NCBI GenBank assembly: GCA_049589635.1
Contig: JBAWBE010000331.1
Location: forward strand, 1-41,641
Origin: Terriglobales bacterium
Lineage (GTDB): Bacteria > Acidobacteriota > Terriglobia > Terriglobales > Acidobacteriaceae
Direction of reading: 5' to 3'
DNA length: 41,641 bases
Numbering within the stretch: position 1 is the first letter of the stretch; every line of letters begins with the position of its first letter. Positions 8,162 through 15,970 of this stretch are shown piece by piece. The position numbers and the translations under genes were made by a program. The notes below the pieces were generated by a model, which was not told the origin of the DNA, did not search any database, and was given only the letters and a program-made list of their open reading frames with translations.

Positions 8162-9541
8162 ATGTATCCCGCACTAGAGAAGGAGCTCGCGACGTTCGAG
8201 CGCCGCACGCCCAAGTCCGCCGAAGCTCACAAGAAGAATCTGAAACGCATTCCGCTCGGGGTCGCCAGCAACTATCGCGCCTATGATCCATATCCCATCT
8301 TTGTGCAGGAAGGCAAAGGTGGCCGATTCCGCGATCTGGATGGCAACGAATACATCGATCACAATCTATGTTTCGGAGCGCTGATGGCGGGGCACTGCCA
8401 TCCCGCAGTCATGAAGGCGGTCGAGAAGCGCCTCTCGACGGGCACAATGTTTGGCATGCCCCACAACATGGAGTGGGAGCTGGCGGAAGAAATCTGCACG
8501 CGCTTCCCAGTCGAGATGTGCCGCTTCGGCAACAGCGGCACGGAAGTGACCATGCACACCATTCGCCTCGCGCGCGCGGCGACTGGACGCGACAAGATCA
8601 TCAAATTCGAAGGCGGTTATCACGGCTTGCACGATGCCGCGCTGGTGAGCGTGAAGCCGCATCCGCCGGCCGACGACTTCGGGGACATCAAGAATCCCAA
8701 GCCCGTTTCCGGCGGCAAGGGCGTGCCCGCAGCAAGCATCGATAACGTGAAGATCGCAACCTTTAACGATCTCGAAACAGTCGAGCGCCGCTTCCGCGAG
8801 AATCCTGACCAGATCGCGGCCATCATTCTCGAACCGATCATGATGAATGTCGGCCTCTGCATGCCGCAGAAAGGATTTCTCGAAGGCCTGCGCGAGCTCT
8901 GCGACAAGCACGGCGCGCTGCTGATCTTCGACGAAGTGAAGACGGGAGCAAAACTTGGTTGGTCTGGCGCGTCGGAGTATTTCGGCGTGACGCCCGACAT
9001 GATCTGCCTGGCGAAATCGATCGGCGGCGGATTCCCGCTAGCCGCCTTCGGGGCGCACAAGCGCGTCATGCAACTTATCTCCGACCACAAAGTGTTTCAC
9101 GGCGGCACTTACAATACGAACCCCGTTTCGATGGCCGCAGGCCTCGCAGTATTCCGCGAAGTGTTGACGCGCGATAATTATGCGCACACCGACAAACTGA
9201 GCCACAAATTGACCGAAGGCTACCGGAGGATCGTCGCCAAATCCGGTCTGCAAGCTTACATCGCGAGCGCCGGCGTGAATGGCGCGCTGATGTTGTATCC
9301 GGCAGAGATCAAAAACTATCGCGACTGGCTGGCGATCGACATCGACCTGTGGCGCCATTACTGGTTTGCGATGGTCAATCGCGGAGTGATGCCGCAACCG
9401 TATTGGTGGGATGAGCAGTGGACGATTTCGGTGCAGCACACGGAAGCCGACATCGACCAGCACCTCGCAACATTCGCGGACATTGCCGATTCGCTGGCCG
9501 CGGCACAGCACGAGCGGATAGGAGCTGTCGCAACGCACTAG
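8162..9541 (+). CDS. Class-III (PLP) aminotransferase, glutamate-1-semialdehyde aminomutase-like subfamily
   Basis: Fold-type I class III motifs: GNSGTEVTMHTIRLAR, LIFDEVKTG, and the PLP-lysine context ICLAKSIGGGFPLAAFG. GGAG lies 6 nt upstream of the ATG at 8162 (the track starts at TTG 8150). Confidence 0.85.
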   Translation: MYPALEKELATFERRTPKSAEAHKKNLKRIPLGVASNYRAYDPYPIFVQEGKGGRFRDLDGNEYIDHNLCFGALMAGHCHPAVMKAVEKRLSTGTMFGMPHNMEWELAEEICTRFPVEMCRFGNSGTEVTMHTIRLARAATGRDKIIKFEGGYHGLHDAALVSVKPHPPADDFGDIKNPKPVSGGKGVPAASIDNVKIATFNDLETVERRFRENPDQIAAIILEPIMMNVGLCMPQKGFLEGLRELCDKHGALLIFDEVKTGAKLGWSGASEYFGVTPDMICLAKSIGGGFPLAAFGAHKRVMQLISDHKVFHGGTYNTNPVSMAAGLAVFREVLTRDNYAHTDKLSHKLTEGYRRIVAKSGLQAYIASAGVNGALMLYPAEIKNYRDWLAIDIDLWRHYWFAMVNRGVMPQPYWWDEQWTISVQHTEADIDQHLATFADIADSLAAAQHERIGAVATH

Positions 9542-9544
9542 AAC

Positions 9545-9650
9545 CGATCGGGTCTTCGTGCCATCTGGCCATCGGATCATCGGGTGATCGAACGACCCAA
9601 GTCCGATCGAATTAGATGGCACGATAACCCAATCACCCGATGACCCGATG
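9545..9650 (+). promoter_or_regulatory. Structured leader with interleaved perfect complementarities that sequester the permease start codon (candidate translational switch or pseudoknot)
   Basis: A 9556-9566 pairs with A' 9614-9624 (11 bp). B 9577-9588 pairs with B' 9632-9643 (12 bp), extended by 9570-9575 pairing with 9645-9650, which includes the ATG at 9648-9650. P0: 9545-9554 pairs with 9594-9598 plus 9605-9609. Confidence 0.55.
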
Positions 9651-11069
9651 ACTTCTGATCCCAACCAGCCGCACCTGAAGCGCGTTCTCGGACGCTTCGA
9701 CTTGGTGTTGCTGTTCGTAGTCGCAGTATTCAATCTGAACGTCATTCCCTCGATCGCAGCCAACGGCGGCGTAACAGTCTGGCTGTGGCTGATCGCCCTG
9801 TTGCTTTTTTTCTGGCCGCAGGGAATCGCAGTCATTGAGCTCGCGCACCGTTATCCGGGCGAAGGTGGCGTCTACCTCTGGGCGAAAGAAGTCTTTGGCG
9901 ACTTTCACGGCTTCCTTTCCGGATGGTGCTATTGGACCAACAACATGCTCTACGTGCCGACGGTGATGCTCTACTTCGTCGGCGTCTCGGTATTTGCGCT
10001 GGGACCTGGCCACGCTGCACTCGCTGACAACAAGGCCTTTGCGATGATCGCATCATTTGCGCTGCTCACTTTGCTCACAGCGCTGAACATCGTCGGCCTC
10101 GGAGTTGGCAAATGGCTCAACAATCTTGGAGCCATTGGAACCTTCGTAGCCGCCGCAGTTTTGATCGGCCTCGGAATCACCATCTGGTCGCGATTCGGCA
10201 CATCGGTAACGGCGGCCGACCTGCGAATCCCCGCCGATCCCAAGTTTGTTCTGAATTCCTTCGGCGTGATCTGCTTTGGCCTGGTTGGACTGGAATTGGC
10301 GTCGGTGATGGGCGACGAAATCCGCAATCCCCAGGAGACGCTGCCCGGCGCGGTCGCATGGGGAGGCGTGATTTCTGGCGCGCTCTATATCGGAGCGACA
10401 TTAACGCTCCTTATCGCCATCGGTAAAAACGACATCAGTGTCTTGCAAGGGATTGTGCAAGGCGTCAGCCAGATGGCCGGCAAAGTCGGGATGGCATGGA
10501 TCGTCGCTCCCTTTGCGGTCATGCTCAGTTTCTCAATCGCCGGAATTGGCTCGGCGTGGATAGGCGGTTCGGCTCGCATTCCATTTGTGGCCGGGCTCGA
10601 TTCCTACATGCCGGCGGCAATGGGAAAGGTTCATCCTAAGTACTCGACACCGCACGTTGCCTTGATTGTGCAGGGGATCGTCTCTCTGATCCTGATCGTG
10701 CTGAATTTCACTCTTTCAGGCGGCGTCCAGGAAGCGTTTCAGAAGATGCTGTCTGCCGCGGTGGTGCTGCAACTCATCCCCTTTCTGTATGTCTTTGCGG
10801 CGTTGCTGAGGTTTGCCTGGCGCGGATCAGTTGGTGGACGCTACAGCCGAACCACCTTGGCACTCTCCGGCGCGGCTGGCCTAATAACCACGATACTTGG
10901 CATCATCGTGGCGTTCTTCCCCGCCAAGCAAATCACTTCGATCTGGAAGTATGAAGCAACCATGTTTGGAATAACGCTCGGATTCATCGCGCTCGCGGTA
11001 TTTTTCTTTTATGGATACAGCCACCTGAAAACACCGGATGCGAAAATCGTAGGTGGCGAAGCACTTTAG
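9648..11069 (+). CDS. APC-superfamily amino acid/polyamine permease
   Basis: 473 aa, about 12 hydrophobic helices, with APC-type N-terminal motifs (LKRVLGRFDLVLLFVVAVFN..., GEGGVYLWAKEVFG). Confidence 0.85.
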   Translation: MTSDPNQPHLKRVLGRFDLVLLFVVAVFNLNVIPSIAANGGVTVWLWLIALLLFFWPQGIAVIELAHRYPGEGGVYLWAKEVFGDFHGFLSGWCYWTNNMLYVPTVMLYFVGVSVFALGPGHAALADNKAFAMIASFALLTLLTALNIVGLGVGKWLNNLGAIGTFVAAAVLIGLGITIWSRFGTSVTAADLRIPADPKFVLNSFGVICFGLVGLELASVMGDEIRNPQETLPGAVAWGGVISGALYIGATLTLLIAIGKNDISVLQGIVQGVSQMAGKVGMAWIVAPFAVMLSFSIAGIGSAWIGGSARIPFVAGLDSYMPAAMGKVHPKYSTPHVALIVQGIVSLILIVLNFTLSGGVQEAFQKMLSAAVVLQLIPFLYVFAALLRFAWRGSVGGRYSRTTLALSGAAGLITTILGIIVAFFPAKQITSIWKYEATMFGITLGFIALAVFFFYGYSHLKTPDAKIVGGEAL

Positions 11070-11088
11070 CTGACGCAGGAGATAGTCT

Positions 11089-12573
11089 ATGCCCGGTGGA
11101 GTACAGACCGACGTCAAGACATACCAGATGTTTATCGACGGCCAATGGGTCGCCAGCAAAACGAACAAGACTTTTCCAGTCTACGATCCGTCGACGGAAG
11201 AAGTAATTGCACAGGTTCCTGACGCCAATGCCGAAGATGTAGACCGCGCAGTAGCTGCAGCCCGCGCGGCATTTGACGAGGGTCCATGGGCTGCCTCGAC
11301 AGCGCAAGAGCGCGGCCGCGTTCTCTTCCGTCTAGCTGAAAAAGTTCGTCAGAATCTGCCCGCGCTCGCTGAACTGGAATGCCGCAACACCGGCAAGCCC
11401 ATCGTCGAAGCCGAGTTTGACATCAACGATGTGGCGACGTGCTTCGAATACTACGGCGGCCTCGCGACGAAGGTCGTCGGCTACGTAAATCCTGTGCCCG
11501 ACAATGCGATGAGCCTCACGCTCAAAGAGCCCGTCGGAGTGGCCGGACAAATCGTTCCCTGGAATTATCCGTTGCTCATGGCAGCGTGGAAGCTGGCTCC
11601 GGCATTGGCCGCCGGGTGCACCTGCATTTTGAAGCCAGCCGAGCAAACTCCGCTCACCGCGCTGGAGTTGGCAAAGTGGTTTGACGAAGTCGGATTGCCA
11701 AAGGGCGTAGTGAACGTGATCACTGGCTTTGGCGAGACCTGTGGCTCGCCGCTGGTGAAGCATCCCGACGTGAATAAGATTGCCTTCACCGGCTCAGCGA
11801 GTGTCGGCAAGATCATCGTGAAAGAAGCGGCAGACACGGTGAAACGCGTGACGCTTGAACTCGGTGGCAAGTCCCCGAACATTTTCTTTGCCGACGCCGA
11901 CTTCGAAGCCGCCATCGACGGTGCGCTCTTCGGTGTGTTCATTAATCAGGGTGAAGTTTGCTCGGCGGGCAGCCGCATTCTGGTACAGAAATCGATTTAT
12001 AAGAAGTTCGTCGACGCGATGGCTGAAAAGGCCAAGAAGATCAAACTCGGCCCGCCGCTCGATCGCGAAACGAAAATGGGCGCGCTGGTCAGCAAGGAGC
12101 AGTATGACCGCGTGCTTTCCTACGTCGATATCGGCAAGAAGGAAGCGAAAGTTGCATCCGGCGGTGGACGCGCCGAGAAATTCGCCAAGGGCTATTACGT
12201 GCAGCCGACTATCTTCTATGACGTCGATAACAGCGCCCGCATTGCGCGCGAAGAAGTCTTCGGCCCGGTGGCCGCGGTCATCCCATTCGACGACGAAAAA
12301 GACGCGATGAAGATTGCCAACGATTCCCCGTATGGCTTGGCCGCAGCCGTCTGGACGCGCGACATTTTCAAAGCCATGCGAACGGTGAAGTCTCTGCGAG
12401 CAGGCATAGTGTGGGTCAATCATATGCAACCGACCTACGTGGAAGCCCCGTGGGGAGGCTACAAGCAATCTGGCTTTGGACGCGAACTCGGGCCCTGGGG
12501 TATCGAGGAATATCTGGAAACAAAGCAGGTATACATCAATTTGAACGAAGCGCCGATCGGTTGGTACCGATAA
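11089..12573 (+). CDS. NAD(P)-dependent aldehyde dehydrogenase (aminobutyraldehyde/betaine-aldehyde dehydrogenase-like)
   Basis: ALDH motifs: catalytic Glu in LELGGKSP, catalytic Cys in GEVCSAGSR, and FTGSASVGK. AGGAG Shine-Dalgarno upstream. 494 aa. Confidence 0.9.
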   Translation: MPGGVQTDVKTYQMFIDGQWVASKTNKTFPVYDPSTEEVIAQVPDANAEDVDRAVAAARAAFDEGPWAASTAQERGRVLFRLAEKVRQNLPALAELECRNTGKPIVEAEFDINDVATCFEYYGGLATKVVGYVNPVPDNAMSLTLKEPVGVAGQIVPWNYPLLMAAWKLAPALAAGCTCILKPAEQTPLTALELAKWFDEVGLPKGVVNVITGFGETCGSPLVKHPDVNKIAFTGSASVGKIIVKEAADTVKRVTLELGGKSPNIFFADADFEAAIDGALFGVFINQGEVCSAGSRILVQKSIYKKFVDAMAEKAKKIKLGPPLDRETKMGALVSKEQYDRVLSYVDIGKKEAKVASGGGRAEKFAKGYYVQPTIFYDVDNSARIAREEVFGPVAAVIPFDDEKDAMKIANDSPYGLAAAVWTRDIFKAMRTVKSLRAGIVWVNHMQPTYVEAPWGGYKQSGFGRELGPWGIEEYLETKQVYINLNEAPIGWYR

Positions 12574-12594
12574 CTGAAAACTGAAGACTGAGAC
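12574..12594. repeat. Three tandem heptamers ACTGAAA-ACTGAAG-ACTGAGA in the ALDH-gabT spacer
   Basis: Read directly, immediately after the TAA stop at 12571-12573. Confidence 0.7.
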
Positions 12595-12599
12595 CTAGT

Positions 12600-13964
12600 A
12601 TGTCGACTATCCAACTCCGCACTCCGATTCCCGGGCCGCGCTCGCAAGCACTGATGAAACGTCGCGATGCCGCGGTTGTAAGGGCTGCTTATCATGCAAC
12701 GCCCGTCTTCGTCGCGAAGGCTGAGGGCGCGGTCATCGAAGATGTCGACGGCAATCGGATGATTGACTTCGCCGGCGGAATCGGCTGCGTTAACACAGGA
12801 CATCGCGCGCCAGCGGTCGTCGATGCTGTGCGCCGTCAACTGGATCGTTTTCTGCATACCAGCTTTAACGTGCTTCCTTATGAGAGCTACATAGCGGTCT
12901 GCGAAAAGCTGAATGCGATTGCGCCGGGGAAAGGTCCGAAGAAGACTCTGCTCGTCAGCACCGGCGCAGAGGCGACGGAAAACGCGGTCAAGATTGCGCG
13001 CGCCTATACACGCAGGCCCGCAATCATCGCCTTTGAAGACGCCTTCCACGGACGTACGTACATGGCGATGGCCATGACCAGCAAAACGCATCCCTACAAG
13101 GCCGGCTTCGAACCGTTTCCAAGTGATGTTTATCGCATTCCGTATGCCTATTGCTATCGCTGCTCGTATTCGCTGAAATATCCGTCGTGCGAGGTGTTTT
13201 GTGCGAAGCACATCGAAGATACGTTTAAACGCGTGGTCGCCGCTGAGAGCGTTGCTGCCGTGATCGTTGAGCCGATTCTTGGTGAAGGTGGATTTGTTAC
13301 GCCTCCATCAGAATTCTTTCCGACCCTAACGGAAATCTGCCGCAAGTACGGAATCCTGGTGATCGCCGATGAAGTCCAGACGGGATTCGCGCGCACGGGC
13401 GCAATGTTCGCGTGCGAGCGGTTGGGACTCGATCCGGATATTGTCACCATGGCGAAGTCACTCACCGGAGGCTTGCCAATGGCCGCAGTCACGGGCCGCG
13501 CCGACATCATGGATGTTTCCGCCGCCGGCCAATTAGGCGGAACATTCGGCGGCAATCCATTGGCCTGCGAAGCGGCGCTGGCCGTGCTTGAGACGATTGA
13601 GAAAGAGAATCTGTGCGCGCGGGCGAATGTACTGGGTGATCGCTTCCGCAAACGCGCCGCGAAATGGCAAGCCAAGTGGGAATTGATCGGCGATGTTCGT
13701 GGTCTCGGTGCGATGCAGGCTCTAGAACTGGTTCGTTCGAAAGCAACTCGCGAGCCTGCAGACGAGGAGACAAAACAGGTGTCGCAATATTGCTACGAGC
13801 ACGGTCTCGTGTTAATCACCGCTGGCTCGTACGGCAACGTGATACGTTTGCTCATGCCGCTCGTCGTGACCGACGCGCAAATGGAGGAAGCGATGGATGT
13901 GCTCGAATCTGCCTTGGCGGCTGTGACGGAAAAGAAGCCGACATTGAGCGTTCAGTCTGTTTAG
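12600..13964 (+). CDS. gabT: 4-aminobutyrate:2-oxoglutarate aminotransferase-like class-III aminotransferase
   Basis: 454 aa. GabT-like N-terminus (PIPGPRSQALMKRRDAAV) and IADEVQTGFARTG. The PLP-lysine context IVTMAKSLTGGLPMAAV resembles E. coli GabT. Confidence 0.8.
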   Translation: MSTIQLRTPIPGPRSQALMKRRDAAVVRAAYHATPVFVAKAEGAVIEDVDGNRMIDFAGGIGCVNTGHRAPAVVDAVRRQLDRFLHTSFNVLPYESYIAVCEKLNAIAPGKGPKKTLLVSTGAEATENAVKIARAYTRRPAIIAFEDAFHGRTYMAMAMTSKTHPYKAGFEPFPSDVYRIPYAYCYRCSYSLKYPSCEVFCAKHIEDTFKRVVAAESVAAVIVEPILGEGGFVTPPSEFFPTLTEICRKYGILVIADEVQTGFARTGAMFACERLGLDPDIVTMAKSLTGGLPMAAVTGRADIMDVSAAGQLGGTFGGNPLACEAALAVLETIEKENLCARANVLGDRFRKRAAKWQAKWELIGDVRGLGAMQALELVRSKATREPADEETKQVSQYCYEHGLVLITAGSYGNVIRLLMPLVVTDAQMEEAMDVLESALAAVTEKKPTLSVQSV

Positions 13965-14032
13965 ATTGCGATTCTTGCAGTTCTCTGTGACTCTGTGGTG
14001 AAACGATTTTCAAAAACGAAAACGAGGATTCG

Positions 14033-15370
14033 ATGACCACCGCGACCGAAACTCCCACGATGACCGGCAAAGAAATCATTGACCTGACTAAAAAGCACAC
14101 GCTCTACGAGTGGTCGGCGCAGTCGAAGGTCGATCCGATTCCTGTTGCGCGTGCAAAGGGAATTTATTTCTGGACGCCGGAAGGGAAGCGCTTTATCGAC
14201 TTCAACAGTCAGTTGATGTCCGTCAACATTGGACACGGCGATGAGCGCGTGATTCAGGCGATTGCCGACCAGGCTGCGACGCTTTGTTATGCGAATCCTT
14301 TCATGGCGACCGAAGTGCGCGCTCGGCTTGGCCAAAAGCTGGCGGAGATTACTCCCGGCGACATCGACACATTTTTCTTTACGAATGGTGGCGCTGAGGC
14401 AAATGAAAACGCCATCAAGCTTGCCCGATTCTTTACTGGGCGCCATAAAATCATTGCGCGCTATCGTTCGTACCACGGTGCAACGGCGGGCGCGATCTCG
14501 CTGACCGGCGATCCTCGGCGCTGGGCTGCTGAGCCCGGCATTCCGGGTGTCGTGCGCGTGCTCGACCCTTATCACGGCATCGAGCGCGGATGGGAATCGG
14601 CCGAATCGTCCCTGGCGATGATTGAAGAGACGATTCAGCTCGAAGGCCCGCAGACGATTGCCGCGTTCATTTTGGAGACCGTCACCGGAACGAACGGCAT
14701 TCTGATTCCGCCTGATGGGTATATGCAAGGCGTGCGCAAACTGTGCGACAAATACGGAATCCTGATGATTGCCGACGAAGTCATGGCCGGTTTTGGACGC
14801 ACGGGCGAATGGTTTGCAGTCGATCACTGGAAAGTTGTTCCCGATCTTATTTGCATGGCAAAGGGGCTGACGTCGAGTTACATTGCACTGGGCGCGGTCG
14901 GCATGCGTCATCACATCGCGCAACATTTTCAGGACAAGGTGTTTTATGGCGGACTGACTTATAACTCCCATCCGATGGGATGCGCGACCGCGCTCGCGAC
15001 CATTCGCGTGTACGAAGAAGACAACCTGATCGAGAATTCGCGAAACATGGGCGCGATCATGAAAGATCTTGGAGCCGACCTTCAGAAGAAACATCGCTCC
15101 GTCGGCGCGGTTCGATCGATCGGATTATTCGGAATCTTCGAGCTGGTCCGCAGCCAAAAGACGCGCCAGCCCATGGCTCTGTTCAATGGGACATCCGACG
15201 AGATGGTCGCGCTCGGAAAATTCTTCCGCGAGAACGGGCTCTATACACTGGTGCGATGGAATACGTTCTATACGAATCCTCCGCTGTGCATTAATGAGCA
15301 GCAGCTGCGCGAGGCGTTCGCAATCATCGATAAGGGGCTGGAGATCACTGATAAGGCTGTAGTGGACTAG
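14033..15370 (+). CDS. Class-III omega-amine:pyruvate-type aminotransferase (putrescine/beta-alanine/taurine-pyruvate aminotransferase-like)
   Basis: 445 aa. Motifs: FTNGGAEANENAIKLAR, IADEVMAGFGRTG, and the PLP-lysine context LICMAKGLTSSYIALGAV. Confidence 0.8.
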   Translation: MTTATETPTMTGKEIIDLTKKHTLYEWSAQSKVDPIPVARAKGIYFWTPEGKRFIDFNSQLMSVNIGHGDERVIQAIADQAATLCYANPFMATEVRARLGQKLAEITPGDIDTFFFTNGGAEANENAIKLARFFTGRHKIIARYRSYHGATAGAISLTGDPRRWAAEPGIPGVVRVLDPYHGIERGWESAESSLAMIEETIQLEGPQTIAAFILETVTGTNGILIPPDGYMQGVRKLCDKYGILMIADEVMAGFGRTGEWFAVDHWKVVPDLICMAKGLTSSYIALGAVGMRHHIAQHFQDKVFYGGLTYNSHPMGCATALATIRVYEEDNLIENSRNMGAIMKDLGADLQKKHRSVGAVRSIGLFGIFELVRSQKTRQPMALFNGTSDEMVALGKFFRENGLYTLVRWNTFYTNPPLCINEQQLREAFAIIDKGLEITDKAVVD

Positions 15371-15373
15371 TTG

Positions 15374-15395
15374 CTACCTCTTCGGTAGTTATTTT
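15374..15395 (+). terminator. Weak intrinsic terminator candidate after the last aminotransferase gene
   Basis: CTACC, loop TCTTC, GGTAG, followed by TTATTTT. The stem is only 5 bp. Confidence 0.3.
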
Positions 15396-15530
15396 CGGCC
15401 GCCGACCGCGGCTTCCGCGAGATCGCGCAGACTCATCAGCTTGCTCTTTGGTCTGTAGCCAAGACCGGAGTTAGCCCCTCTAACCCTATGGCCCGGGTCT
15501 ATTGGAATCATGACTTTACGGAGTTGTGCC

Positions 15531-15649
15531 GCAAAGTCTTGAACCAAAGTTACTTAGAAGCAAAGTATTGAGTACGTGGGAGTTAGCGGCCAAAATCACG
15601 CATTTCTTGCGGGTATTGATTCTGGATAGTGTAATTTGCAAAGTCTTGA
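15531..15649. repeat. Three copies of GCAAAGT(C/A)TTGA (15531-15542, 15560-15571, 15638-15649) in an AT-richer noncoding gap
   Basis: Two copies are identical 12-mers and the third matches 11 of 12. Read directly. Confidence 0.6.
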
Positions 15650-15823
15650 TAAAAAATCAGTTACGTTCTGTTCGGCGGGGTTGCTCTCGTGATCAAAGAT
15701 CAGTCGCGGCACCCCGGAAGACCTAACACGGATTAAGCCGAGCCGCTGCACTTACGTGCAGGCCTCAGTTGAGGTGGGTTCCCGGTCTAAGTCAAGGTAT
15801 TTTCTCTGAGGAGGAACTGTAGG

Positions 15824-15931
15824 ATGATAATGACGAGTGTAATCGCGATGTTATGCCAATCGTCGTTGGATGTAGCGTCCGATAACCATCAGTTCTTACG
15901 CTTAGGTAGAACTGGACATGGTCGCAACTAA
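15824..15931 (+). CDS. Possible 35-aa small ORF (MIMTSVIAMLCQSSLDVASDNHQFLRLGRTGHGRN)
   Basis: A strong Shine-Dalgarno GAGGAGGA (15808-15815) lies 8 nt before the ATG. Not in the ORF track because it is under 60 aa. No recognisable family. Confidence 0.25.
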   Translation: MIMTSVIAMLCQSSLDVASDNHQFLRLGRTGHGRN

Positions 15932-15970
15932 CCTGTTCGAGCGCGGGTCTCAATCCCCAGGAGAATTCCT

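Noticed and set aside
8366-8911. Long antisense or out-of-frame ORFs in the track, for example 8366-8911(-), 9038-9835(-), 11794-12468(-), 12459-13211(-), 13961-15094(-), 16981-17802(+), 18638-19387(-), 19261-19938(+), 22897-23583(+), 27948-28757(+), 36409-37002(-), 37543-38166(-), 39132-40079(-)
   Set aside because: Each lies opposite or out of frame to a CDS with clear family motifs. Their translations are Arg/Ala/Pro/Gly-rich and low-complexity, as expected for shadow ORFs in GC-rich DNA, and they carry no recognisable motifs.
15395-15514. Minus-strand reading ...GANSGLGYRPKSKLMSLRDLAEAAVGGRK, reminiscent of the C-terminus of an rve/IS3-type transposase
   Set aside because: Only about 10 residues of loose similarity. 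There is no upstream DDE-domain reading frame and there are no terminal inverted repeats, so I cannot call a mobile-element remnant without a database search.
15526-15726. 66-aa GTG-initiated ORF in the AT-richer gap
   Set aside because: It has no Shine-Dalgarno, it runs through the triplicated 12-mer, and it has no family resemblance. I treat it as noncoding.
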